Assembly (NCBI GenBank): GCA_015228815.1
Contig: JADGCV010000006.1
Span: 1,723-65,722, forward strand
DNA length: 64,000 nt
Reading direction: 5' to 3'
DNA from: Magnetococcales bacterium
Lineage (GTDB): Bacteria > Pseudomonadota > Magnetococcia > Magnetococcales > UBA8363
Shown: positions 55,340 to 64,000 of the stretch, in pieces
Layout of the letters: each line of letters begins with the position of its first letter
Numbering within the stretch: the first letter of the stretch is position 1
Made by a program: the position numbers and the translations under genes
Notes under the pieces: generated by a model
The model's database searches: none
What the model saw: only the letters and a program-made list of their open reading frames with translations
Told to the model about the DNA's origin: nothing

Positions 55340-55341
55340 GA

Positions 55342-56328
55342 CTATTCCTTGCAACCCTCGGAAAGACCCGGTCCATGCCGCATGGCGCCGCTTTGATTGA
55401 TCGCCGCCAACATGGCCATCGCCTCGGCGACCGTATGCGCCGCCGATGTGCTTTGGGAATCCAGAAGAACGACCGAACTGTGTCGTGCGATCGCCTCACG
55501 GGCTTGAATGGCTTTCGCCGCCAGTTCGAACTGCACCGCCTTCTGCCCCTCGGATGAAGCGGCAGCGTCACCGACCATCTTCAACGCCCGCGCCTTGGCC
55601 TCGGCGACCGTGGTGATCGCCAGGGCTTCGCCCTCGGCACGCAAAATCGCCTGTGCCCGATCCGCCTCGGCGGCCAAAACCTTCGACTTCTTCTCCCCTT
55701 CGGCATTGTTGATGGCCGAATCGCGCAACCCCTCCGACTCCAATATGGCCGCCCGTTTTTCCCGTTCCGCCTTCATCTGCCGTTCCATCGCCTCAAGGAC
55801 CGTCTTCGGTGGTTTGATGTCCTTGATCTCATAGCGCAACACCTGAATCCCCCAGGGCAGCGACGCCTCGTTGATGGCACTGACAATGTTGGCATTGAGG
55901 GCAATCCGTTCCTCGAAAGTCTTGTCGAGTTCCAATTTTCCAATCTCGGAACGCATCGTCGTTTGCGCCAACTGGGCCACGGCAAAGGTGAAGTCTTCAA
56001 TGCCATAGGAAGCCTTGTATGGGTCGATGACCTTGGTGTACAAAATTCCATCCACCTCCAGCGAAATATTATCCTTGGTGATGGCCGACTGGCTCGGAAC
56101 ATCGACCGCCATCTCCTTCAGGGTCTGATCGTAAGCCACCTTGTCGATGAACGGAACCAAAAAGTTGATCCCCGCCGTCAGGGTGGTATGGTATTTCCCG
56201 AAACGTTCGACGACAAATGCCCGGTTCTGCGGAACAAATTTCAGCCCACTTTTCAGAATGACCAGAACAAGAATGGCCAATCCGGTCCAAAAATTGAACA
56301 CAAGGTCAAGCAACGCCTCTTCGGTCAT
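55342..56328 (-). CDS. SPFH/band-7 (stomatin/paraslipin-like) protein
   Basis: N-terminal TM segment, then FVPQNRAFVVERFGKYHTTLTAGINFLVPFIDKV and a coiled-coil Ala/Glu-rich C-terminal part. Confidence 0.9.
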   Translation of the reverse strand: MTEEALLDLVFNFWTGLAILVLVILKSGLKFVPQNRAFVVERFGKYHTTLTAGINFLVPFIDKVAYDQTLKEMAVDVPSQSAITKDNISLEVDGILYTKVIDPYKASYGIEDFTFAVAQLAQTTMRSEIGKLELDKTFEERIALNANIVSAINEASLPWGIQVLRYEIKDIKPPKTVLEAMERQMKAEREKRAAILESEGLRDSAINNAEGEKKSKVLAAEADRAQAILRAEGEALAITTVAEAKARALKMVGDAAASSEGQKAVQFELAAKAIQAREAIARHSSVVLLDSQSTSAAHTVAEAMAMLAAINQSGAMRHGPGLSEGCKE

Positions 56329-56542
56329 TACATGTCTCCCGGTCGTGTGGATACGGAAACGATTTTCTTTTTACATTTACCATTTTCCCTGAATTGAATC
56401 GATCTTTTTCCTGGATGTGCCCGGGAACCGGTCCGGTTTTTCGTTTGACAGCGGTCGGACAGAATGAAAAAATTCGTCGGCCAGGGGACATTCAAACCTC
56501 GGTTACCCATTTGAACGATGATATGATGCACGGTCGGCATGG

Positions 56543-57535
56543 ATGCAGTCACAATCGAAAAGCGGAGGCGAAAAACCTTTGAAAACCTGGACACGAAAAC
56601 GGGTGGTGGTCACGGGCGGGGCCGGCTTTCTGGGATCGCATCTGTGCGAACGTCTCCTGGCCGAAGGAAACGATGTCCTCTGCGTGGACAATCTGTTTTC
56701 CGGCAATCGGGACAACATCATCCATCTTCTGGGACATCCCGGTTTCGAGTTTATCCGCCACGACATCACCTTTCCCCTGTATCTTGAGGTGGACGAAATC
56801 TACAACCTGGCCTGCCCCGCCTCTCCCATCCATTACCAGCACGATCCGGTCCAGACCACCAAAACCAATGTCCATGGGGCCATCAACATGCTGGGATTGG
56901 CCAAACGGGTCCGGGCGCGCATCCTTCAGGCATCCACCAGCGAGGTCTATGGCGACCCCGAACAACATCCCCAAAAGGAAGACTATTGGGGACACGTCAA
57001 TCCCATCGGCCTGCGGGCGTGCTACGACGAAGGAAAAAGGTGCGCCGAAACCCTGTTCTTCGATTATTACCGCCAGCACGGACTGTCCATCAAGGTGGTC
57101 CGCATCTTCAATACCTACGGCCCCCGCATGCATCCCAACGATGGACGGGTCGTGTCCAACTTTATCGTCCAGGCACTGAACAATGAACCCATCACCCTCT
57201 ATGGCGATGGCTCGCAAACACGCTCGTTCTGTTTCGTCGATGATCTGATCGACGGCATGGTGGCCTTCATGAAAACCCCTGATCGGATTCCAGGTCCCGT
57301 GAATCTGGGCAACGACCATGAATTCACCATTCTCGAACTGGCCCAAAAGGTGATCGCCTTGACCGGTTCCTCCTCGCCGTTGGTCATGAAACCTCTTCCC
57401 TCCGACGACCCCAGGCAACGGCGTCCCGATCTGACCCGCGCCCGGGAATATCTGGAATGGGAGCCCCGTATTTCATTGGATGATGGCTTGATCGCCACCA
57501 TCGATTATTTTAAAAGTTTGTTCCGGAAAGCATAA
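56543..57535 (+). CDS. UDP-glucuronate decarboxylase (UDP-xylose synthase-type extended SDR)
   Basis: [18 protein letters not shown] Rossmann motif, [11 protein letters not shown], catalytic YDEGKR, and the [10 protein letters not shown] block. Confidence 0.9.
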   Translation: MQSQSKSGGEKPLKTWTRKRVVVTGGAGFLGSHLCERLLAEGNDVLCVDNLFSGNRDNIIHLLGHPGFEFIRHDITFPLYLEVDEIYNLACPASPIHYQHDPVQTTKTNVHGAINMLGLAKRVRARILQASTSEVYGDPEQHPQKEDYWGHVNPIGLRACYDEGKRCAETLFFDYYRQHGLSIKVVRIFNTYGPRMHPNDGRVVSNFIVQALNNEPITLYGDGSQTRSFCFVDDLIDGMVAFMKTPDRIPGPVNLGNDHEFTILELAQKVIALTGSSSPLVMKPLPSDDPRQRRPDLTRAREYLEWEPRISLDDGLIATIDYFKSLFRKA

Positions 57536-57549
57536 TCCGAAGAGGTGGC

Positions 57550-59394
57550 ATGGTGTCATCCCCGCATGGCCCGCATGAATGGATGCTGCCGATGGGCCAT
57601 CGTCCCGTTGCATGGGGACGTGTTGGTCGGTGGCTGCTCCTGATCGCATTGCTTTCGGCGAAAGCGGCATGGGCCGTGGACGAACCGCTTTCCTATGAGG
57701 TGGCGTTTCGTGGCGTGGAAGGATCGCTGCTTTCGTTGCTGCAATCGGTCTCTTCTTCGGTCCGGTTGCAGGATCGCCCCCCTGCGAATCCATCATCGCT
57801 GCGGCGCCGGGCCATGGACGATCACGAAAAAATGGTGCAGGCCCTTCAATCCAGGGGATGGTTCGATGCCCGTGTGGACGTCCTTCTTCCCGACGAAAGG
57901 CCGGTCCGGACCATCCTCTTCGTTGTCGATACGGGACAACTCTATCATTTGGCCCCCCCCGGATTGCGGATCAAGCCGGTGCATGACCGATTGGGGGCAA
58001 TCACCGCGGAAAGCCTGGGATTGCGCGAAGGGGCACCCGCCGAATCCGCCGTTGTCTTTTCGGCGCGGGAGGCGTTGCTGGCTCGTGTCCGTCAGTTGGG
58101 GTTTCCCCACGCCTCGCTCGGAGATCATGGACACGATCTGGATCGCGCCGCCCGTCTGTTGCATGTCGTCCTCGACCTCGACGCAGGCCCCCTGGTCCGC
58201 CTGGGACCGGTCCGGTTCTCGGGAGATGAAGGTCTGGATGCAACATTTCTGGCGCGGCATTTGTCATGGCGCCCGGGTGCGGTCTACCATCCCATGCGAC
58301 TGGAACGGGCGCAGCGCACCCTCATGGGTACGGGACTGTTCTCCGCGGTGGCGGTGGAACTGGGGGCGGCCCCGCCCGAGGGCGAACTGTGGCCGGTCGA
58401 TGTACGTCTGACACAGCGAAAACACAGGACCGTCTCCACCGGCGCCGGCTACAGCACCGACAAGGGAATCAACCTGAAAGGGGCCTGGGAACACCGCAAT
58501 GCCTTTCAGGTCGGACAGCGCATCAAGGTAAAAACCGAGTTGGGAACCGAAGCGCAATCGGTGTTCCTGTCCCACGAAACCCCATCATTCATCAGTTCAC
58601 AGCAAAAATTGACCCTTTCCGCTCAATCGGAACGCACACTCGAAGATGCCTTCGTCAGCCAGTCCATCCAGCTCGGCGCCAATCTGTTGCGCCCGGTGTT
58701 TCCTCCGGGGGGAGAGGCCAGCGTCGGCGTGGAATGGCGCATTGCCGATGTCATGGAAAAAAGTGGCGGTGGCGTCCGTTCTTCCTTTGCCACCACCGCC
58801 ATTCCCATGGTGTTCAAACTTGATCGCAGCGATGATCTTCTGGATCCACGCAACGGATGGCGTTGGGCCTCGGAACTCAAACCGGTGCTGTCTCTTTCCG
58901 CCGCTGGCGAACCACATGCCCGGTTTGTCCAACGGGGCAGTTGGTATCACACCCTTTCCTCGGCGTCGCCAACCGTATTGGCTTTGCGGGGCGAAGCAGG
59001 CACGGTGATGGGGGCAAGCCATGGGGACCTTGCGGCGGATCAACGTCTTTATGCCGGGGGAAGCGGCACGTTGCGGGGGGTTGGTTATCAGTTGGCGGGA
59101 CCGTTGGATGGAGAACACAAGCCGATCGGTGGCCGGTCCCTTCTGGCCCTGGGAACGGAGGTTCGCTGGTTGGCGACAGATCAGGTGGGGCTGGTCGGAT
59201 TCCTGGATGCGGCGCGGAGTTACCTGGGACAGACCCCCGATGTGGGGGAAGGACTGTTGTCGGGCGCGGGAATGGGCGTCCGCTATTTGACTCCGGTTGG
59301 ACCTCTGCGGTTTGATCTGGCCTTTCCCCTGCGACGCAGGGAAGAGGTGGACGATCCTTTTCAGGTCTACGTCAGCATTGGGCAGGCCTTTTAG
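57550..59394 (+). CDS. tamA: TamA/BamA-family (Omp85) outer-membrane protein
   Basis: Signal peptide WLLLIALLSAKAAWA. The N-terminal POTRA-like region begins LSYEVAFRGVEG. The C-terminal beta-barrel ends in the aromatic terminus VYVSIGQAF. Confidence 0.75.
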   Translation: MVSSPHGPHEWMLPMGHRPVAWGRVGRWLLLIALLSAKAAWAVDEPLSYEVAFRGVEGSLLSLLQSVSSSVRLQDRPPANPSSLRRRAMDDHEKMVQALQSRGWFDARVDVLLPDERPVRTILFVVDTGQLYHLAPPGLRIKPVHDRLGAITAESLGLREGAPAESAVVFSAREALLARVRQLGFPHASLGDHGHDLDRAARLLHVVLDLDAGPLVRLGPVRFSGDEGLDATFLARHLSWRPGAVYHPMRLERAQRTLMGTGLFSAVAVELGAAPPEGELWPVDVRLTQRKHRTVSTGAGYSTDKGINLKGAWEHRNAFQVGQRIKVKTELGTEAQSVFLSHETPSFISSQQKLTLSAQSERTLEDAFVSQSIQLGANLLRPVFPPGGEASVGVEWRIADVMEKSGGGVRSSFATTAIPMVFKLDRSDDLLDPRNGWRWASELKPVLSLSAAGEPHARFVQRGSWYHTLSSASPTVLALRGEAGTVMGASHGDLAADQRLYAGGSGTLRGVGYQLAGPLDGEHKPIGGRSLLALGTEVRWLATDQVGLVGFLDAARSYLGQTPDVGEGLLSGAGMGVRYLTPVGPLRFDLAFPLRRREEVDDPFQVYVSIGQAF

Positions 59395-59532
59395 TCATGC
59401 ATCGCGCACGGATCCGTCACCGTCCCCGGAGCATTCCGACGGGAAAACGCTTGCCATGATGCGCCGTTGGAGGTATGAATACCCGTTAGTTGCCATTAAC
59501 GTGATTTCCGCGGCTGATTGGGGATAAAGCCC

Positions 59533-60048
59533 ATGAAAAAGTTTCAGATGGAATTGGCTGGACTTATCGTCGAATCGGTTCAGGAGATTTTTTCCGCCTA
59601 TCTGTTCATCGAAGCAACCCCCGGCCCTGTGAAAACCAGCGTCCCTGGCGAAATCTACATCCCGCCAAAGACCGAAGTCCTGGCCATGGTCAGCTATCAT
59701 GGCGCCTTCGATGGCGGGATGCATCTGGCCTCTCCCGAATATGTGGCGTGCAAACTTTCCGGCGCCTTCGCCGGAGTGGAACTGGAAACCATGAACGCCG
59801 AAGGGTGTGACGCCTTCGGGGAACTGGCCAATCTGATCGCGGGCGGGGTACAGACCCGTCTGATGGAACATCACGGCTTCGCGGAAATCACCCTGACCCC
59901 GCCAACCGTCTCGACCCAGGGACAAATCAACGGCATCTACCGGGAAGACCTGTCGAGCGTCCAGCAATACTTCAAGTTTGCCGGCGGATTGATGTTCGCC
60001 GAATGTTTTTTCATTCCACGCCTTGCCGAAATGCACCCCAATCCGTGA
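59533..60048 (+). CDS. CheX-like protein (chemotaxis phosphatase fold)
   Basis: About 171 aa. The block CDAFGELANLIAGGVQTRL resembles the D/E-x2-E-x2-N-x3-G signature of CheC/CheX. The ATG at 59533 is preferred over the TTG at 59518. Confidence 0.5.
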   Translation: MKKFQMELAGLIVESVQEIFSAYLFIEATPGPVKTSVPGEIYIPPKTEVLAMVSYHGAFDGGMHLASPEYVACKLSGAFAGVELETMNAEGCDAFGELANLIAGGVQTRLMEHHGFAEITLTPPTVSTQGQINGIYREDLSSVQQYFKFAGGLMFAECFFIPRLAEMHPNP

Positions 60049-60057
60049 ACTTGAAGA

Positions 60058-60861
60058 TCATGACGGATCGCCTTCACGTTTGCCACCGCTGTTTCTGAAG
60101 CGAGGTTGACGTTTTTCCTTGAACGCGGCGACCCCCTCGCGAGACTCGGCGGTTTGATAGAAAAGCGAAACGGCATGCAGTCCCAGTTGGGACAAACCGG
60201 CCAGGTGTTGCGTGTCGGCATTGAAGGAACTCTTGGCCAAGGCCAGGGCGGTTGGCGAAAGGGCGAGGATCTCCGCACACCATCGCGCCACTTCCTCGTC
60301 CAGGCGGTCCTCGGCAACGACACGATTGACCATGCCCATTTCCATTGCCTCGGTGGCGCTGTAGCGGCGACAGAGAAACCACATTTCCCGGGCTTTTTTC
60401 TCCCCGAGAACACGCGCCATGAACGCCGTGCCGAAACCAGGATCCACCGACCCGACCCGGGGTCCGACCTGTCCGAAGACCGCCCCCTCGGAGGCGATGG
60501 TCAGATCACACAGCAAAGCAAGCACATTACCGCCTCCGATGGCAAAACCACGCACCTTGGCAATGACCGGCTTGGGTACGGCGCGAATGATCCCCTGCAA
60601 CGCTTCCAAAGGCAAGCCGATAATCCCCCGGCCATCGTAGGACCCGCTGTGGGCCGATTGATCGCCACCGGTACAAAAAGCCTTGTCTCCAACCCCGGTC
60701 AGCACAATGACGCCAATATCCCGATTCCAGCCCGCGCGATCGAAGGCATGGATCATTTCCTCGCACGTCCGGGCGCGAAAGGCGTTGAGGCTTCCAGGCC
60801 GGTTGATGGCGATTGTGGCGACCCCTTCCGACTCGTGATAAAGAATATCCTGATAATCCAT
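60058..60861 (-). CDS. menB: 1,4-dihydroxy-2-naphthoyl-CoA synthase (MenB-type crotonase; a BadI-like hydrolase cannot be excluded)
   Basis: It aligns by eye along its whole length to MenB: GDKAFCTGGDQ, AIGGGNVLALLCDLTIA, FGQVGPRVGSVDPGFG, KKAREMWFLCRRY, and the C-terminal FKEKRQPRF. Confidence 0.8.
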   Translation of the reverse strand: MDYQDILYHESEGVATIAINRPGSLNAFRARTCEEMIHAFDRAGWNRDIGVIVLTGVGDKAFCTGGDQSAHSGSYDGRGIIGLPLEALQGIIRAVPKPVIAKVRGFAIGGGNVLALLCDLTIASEGAVFGQVGPRVGSVDPGFGTAFMARVLGEKKAREMWFLCRRYSATEAMEMGMVNRVVAEDRLDEEVARWCAEILALSPTALALAKSSFNADTQHLAGLSQLGLHAVSLFYQTAESREGVAAFKEKRQPRFRNSGGKREGDPS

Positions 60862-61176
60862 CGCGATTGATCCTCAAGTCCGGTTTGATTCAACCTTTCC
60901 AACAGCCCCATCCCTCGGTATATAAAGAGTCTCAAGGACCGGACACTCCGGTTGCCCGCAAGACCGTCGTGTTTCCGGCCTTGTGTCGCTCGCCGGTTGA
61001 CGCCTCCGGCTGAAGTCTGGTAGCGACATCATACCCGGATCGGGCCGGAAAAAACACGCGCCGAAACACAATCGGCGCATAAGGGATGTTGCATTTTCGA
61101 AACAGGGGCTTACCATCACGAGACGTTCATACCGACATCAGCGCATCCCGAGGCAAAACATGTTATCCTGGCAGCC

Positions 61177-62667
61177 ATGATCCAACCATCCTTCGACTCC
61201 TTCCTGCGTCTGAGCGCCCAAGGCAACGTGGTTCCCATCTATCGGGAAATCCTGGCCGATCTCGACACCCCGGTATCCGCCTTCATCAAGGTGGCGGGCG
61301 ATGCCAGCTATTCCTTTCTTTTCGAGTCGGTGCTCGGGGGAGAGAAATGGGGACGGTACAGTTTTCTGGGACTCGATCCGGCGGCGATCTTCCTGGCCTT
61401 TCCCAACCGGGTGGAAATTCGCTGGCGCAACCGGCCCAAGGAGGTATTCACCTCGGGTCAGCCGGTGCGCATTCTCGAATCGCTGATGCGCCGGTTCACC
61501 CCTGTCGAGGTTCCCGGTCTGCCCCGTTTCCATGGCGGGGCCGTCGGGTATTTTGGATACGACATGATCCGTTCCTTCGAACGGGTCCCCGACAACAACC
61601 CCGATACCCTGGGGACTCCGGACGCCATTTTCATGTTGTCGGACATGGTCATTCTTTTCGACAATCTGGCGGGAAGGATCAAGGTGGTCGTCAATCTGTT
61701 CATCGACCCCCGCGACGATATCGTCACGCTTTACGCCGATGCCGTGACCCGCATCAACCAAATGGTCACCAACCTGCGCAATGCCCCATCGCGACCGAAG
61801 CCCACTGCCCGAGGCCCGCGGATTCACGAAGATGCGTTTCGTCATGAAATGTCCAAATCCACCTTCGAGGCGGCGGTCGAAAAGGCCAAGGAATACATTC
61901 GCGCCGGCGACATTTTTCAGGTCGTCCTGTCGCAAAGGCTTTCCATCCCCTTTGCCCATTCTCCCTTGTCGCTCTACCGGGCGTTACGGGCGACCAATCC
62001 ATCGCCCTACATGTTTCTCCTGAATTTTGGCGACTTTTCCCTGGTCGGCTCCAGTCCCGAGATTCTTGTCCGGCAGGAGGGAACGACCGTCACCGTGCGT
62101 CCCATCGCCGGAACCCGGCGCCGTGGTGAAAACGAAGACCGTGATCTGGTCCTGGAACAGGAACTCCTCGCTGATCCCAAGGAACTGGCGGAACATATCA
62201 TGCTTGTCGATCTGGGACGCAACGATCTGGGACGGGTCGCGGTCCATGGATCGGTCCGGGTCACGGAACGTCTGGTCATCGAACGATATTCCCAGGTCAT
62301 GCACATCGTGTCCAATGTCGAAGCGACCCTGAAACCGGGATTGACCCCATTCGATGTCGTCGCGGCCACTTTTCCGGCGGGCACGGTCAGTGGCGCCCCG
62401 AAAATCAGGGCCATGGAGATTATCGACGAACTGGAAGTGTCACGCCGGGGGCCCTACGCGGGAACGGTCGGATACGTGTCCTTCTCCGGCAACATGGATC
62501 TGGCCATCACCATTCGCACCGCCATCATCAAGAACGGGACCCTTCATGTCCAGGCAGGGGCGGGCATCGTCGCCGACTCCATACCGGAACGGGAATACGA
62601 GGAAACACGCGAAAAGGCCCGAGCCATTTTTCGCGCCGTCGATATGGTTCAACAGGGACTGGAGTGA
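61177..62667 (+). CDS. trpE: Anthranilate synthase component I
   Basis: 496 aa. [18 protein letters not shown] (Trp-feedback region), then the chorismate-binding C-terminal blocks [25 protein letters not shown] and IRTA. Confidence 0.95.
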   Translation: MIQPSFDSFLRLSAQGNVVPIYREILADLDTPVSAFIKVAGDASYSFLFESVLGGEKWGRYSFLGLDPAAIFLAFPNRVEIRWRNRPKEVFTSGQPVRILESLMRRFTPVEVPGLPRFHGGAVGYFGYDMIRSFERVPDNNPDTLGTPDAIFMLSDMVILFDNLAGRIKVVVNLFIDPRDDIVTLYADAVTRINQMVTNLRNAPSRPKPTARGPRIHEDAFRHEMSKSTFEAAVEKAKEYIRAGDIFQVVLSQRLSIPFAHSPLSLYRALRATNPSPYMFLLNFGDFSLVGSSPEILVRQEGTTVTVRPIAGTRRRGENEDRDLVLEQELLADPKELAEHIMLVDLGRNDLGRVAVHGSVRVTERLVIERYSQVMHIVSNVEATLKPGLTPFDVVAATFPAGTVSGAPKIRAMEIIDELEVSRRGPYAGTVGYVSFSGNMDLAITIRTAIIKNGTLHVQAGAGIVADSIPEREYEETREKARAIFRAVDMVQQGLE

Positions 62668-63266
62668 CCGGCATGCTCCTGATGATCGACAATTACGATT
62701 CCTTCACCTACAACCTGGTTCAATATTTCGGCGAACTCGGATCGGAAGTCCTGGTCAAGCGCAATGACGAAATCACGGTCGAGGACGTGATCCGTCTTGC
62801 CCCCAGTCACATCGTCATCTCCCCCGGACCTGGCAATCCCGATCAGGCGGGGATCACCCTGGAACTCATTCGCCGGTTGTCGGGCATGATTCCGATTCTC
62901 GGTGTCTGTCTGGGTCATCAGGCGATGGGACAGGTCTTTGGCGGTCGGGTAGTGCGTGCGCCGACACTCATGCACGGGAAGACCTCGCGCATCTACCATG
63001 AAGCCACCGATCTGTTCCTGAATCTCCCCTCGCCGTTCAACGCCACCCGTTATCATTCACTCATCGTCGAGAAAACGACTTTTCCCGAATGTCTGGACAT
63101 CACCGCCTGGACCGACGATGGTTTGATCATGGGGTTGCGGCACAAAACCATGCCGGTCCATGGCGTTCAGTTTCATCCCGAATCGATCCTGACCGAGCAC
63201 GGGCATGCCTTGTTGAAAAACTTTCTCGATACGTCCCAAGGATTTGAAGGACGGCCCAGATCATGA
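62664..63266 (+). CDS. trpG: Anthranilate synthase component II (glutamine amidotransferase)
   Basis: [18 protein letters not shown], catalytic GVCLGHQ, and the HGVQFHPES triad block. The GTG at 62664 overlaps the trpE stop; the ATG at 62673 is an alternative start. Confidence 0.9.
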   Translation: MTGMLLMIDNYDSFTYNLVQYFGELGSEVLVKRNDEITVEDVIRLAPSHIVISPGPGNPDQAGITLELIRRLSGMIPILGVCLGHQAMGQVFGGRVVRAPTLMHGKTSRIYHEATDLFLNLPSPFNATRYHSLIVEKTTFPECLDITAWTDDGLIMGLRHKTMPVHGVQFHPESILTEHGHALLKNFLDTSQGFEGRPRS

Positions 63267-64000
63267 ACATGCACCTGGCGATTTCGCGTCTGATCGAACG
63301 ACACAATCTGTCTCAGGAAGAGGCGCGGCAGGTCATGGAACGGATCATGGCGGGCGAGGCGACCTCGGCCCAGATCGCCGCTTTTGCCGTCGCGCTGCGG
63401 ATGAAGGGAGAAACGGTCGATGAACTTGCGGGCGCGGCCCAGGCGATGCGTGAAAAGGCAACCCGGGTGACGACCGCGGCAACCCCGTTGATCGATACCT
63501 GCGGCACCGGCGGCGATGGCCGGGGAACCTTCAACATTTCCACGACCGCCGCTTTTGTCGTGGCTGCCTGTGGTGTCACGGTCGCCAAACATGGCAACAG
63601 TTCCATTTCCTCCAAATGCGGGTCGGCGGATCTGCTTCGCGCCCTGGGGGTTGGCATCGAGGTGTCTCCCGCCACGGTAGCGCGTTGCCTGGAGGGTGCG
63701 GGGATTGGTTTTCTGTTCGCCCCGCGCCATCATGGGGCCATGAAGCATGCGGCGCAACCGCGGAAGGAGTTGGGAGTTCGCACCCTGTTCAATCTTCTGG
63801 GGCCCCTGACCAATCCCGCTTCCGCCACCTGCCAACTGATGGGTGTGTTCGATGGACGATGGACGGAACCGCTCGCTCATGTTCTGGGCCGTTTGGGCGT
63901 GCGGCGCGCCCTGGTGGTTCACGGGCTGGACGGTCTGGATGAACTGACCACGACTGCCGGCAACATTGTCTCGGAACTCAGGAGGGATGGCACGGTGGAA
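63263..64000 (+). CDS. trpD: Anthranilate phosphoribosyltransferase (5' part, continues beyond the window)
   Basis: I translated it by hand from the ATG at 63263 (ATGA overlap with trpG): [51 protein letters not shown]...DTCGTGGDG...VAKHGN. The ORF track omits it because no stop lies inside the window. Confidence 0.9.
   Translation, partial: MNMHLAISRLIERHNLSQEEARQVMERIMAGEATSAQIAAFAVALRMKGETVDELAGAAQAMREKATRVTTAATPLIDTCGTGGDGRGTFNISTTAAFVVAACGVTVAKHGNSSISSKCGSADLLRALGVGIEVSPATVARCLEGAGIGFLFAPRHHGAMKHAAQPRKELGVRTLFNLLGPLTNPASATCQLMGVFDGRWTEPLAHVLGRLGVRRALVVHGLDGLDELTTTAGNIVSELRRDGTVE

Noticed and set aside
60862-61176. Possible trp leader peptide/attenuator or other riboswitch upstream of trpE. 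The 315-bp gap contains small hairpins, e.g. GCGCCGA-AACACAA-TCGGCGC at 61058-61078.
   Set aside because: I found no short ORF with tandem Trp codons and no hairpin followed by a T-run. No alternative terminator/antiterminator pairing was visible by eye. This would need a covariance-model scan.

Overview
This is a GC-rich (roughly 55-62% by eye) chromosomal segment from a Gram-negative, probably proteobacterial, genome. Most of it is recognisable core content. On the minus strand there is a translationally coupled group-3b cytosolic [NiFe]-hydrogenase operon (61-4059) and a fimT-pilV-pilW-pilX-pilY1-pilE type IV minor-pilin/tip-adhesin operon (8504-16325). A thioredoxin-TPR protein and a small DUF1640-like protein follow. 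The glycogen cluster is split in two: glgB and a glgX-malQ fusion lie on the minus strand, glgA and glgP on the plus strand, and a decayed rhuM remnant plus an orphan Soj-type parA sit between them. Further right are a ~2000-aa alpha-2-macroglobulin, a 1749-aa Ser/Thr-kinase/AAA/TPR/GAF/histidine-kinase sensor with an overlapping NarL-type regulator, an SPFH-NfeD pair, UDP-glucuronate decarboxylase, a TamA-like outer-membrane protein, a CheX-like protein, menB and trpE-trpG-trpD (trpD runs off the window). Two lower-GC accessory patches are the best candidates for something undescribed. (i) At 4.5-8.3 kb is a tightly coupled three-gene operon: two proteins with no motif I can recognise, plus a ParA/MinD-fold ATPase with a KGGVGR variant P-loop fused to TPRs. 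It is preceded by a 44-bp perfect palindrome over a sigma70-like promoter. (ii) At 31.3-42.6 kb is a seven-gene, single-strand, mostly start/stop-overlapping cluster. It encodes a peptidase-C45-acyltransferase/Nudix fusion, a 1291-aa PEP-utilising-type phosphotransferase with an ~850-aa unassigned C-terminal region, a PLP decarboxylase, an adenylate-forming ligase, an isochorismatase-like hydrolase, a cysteine-synthase-family PLP enzyme and a degenerate methyltransferase-like protein. This looks like an uncharacterised amino-acid-derived small-molecule pathway. I saw no rRNA, tRNA, CRISPR array, transposase or integrase. All calls rest on motif recognition in the supplied translations and on reading the DNA; no searches were run.
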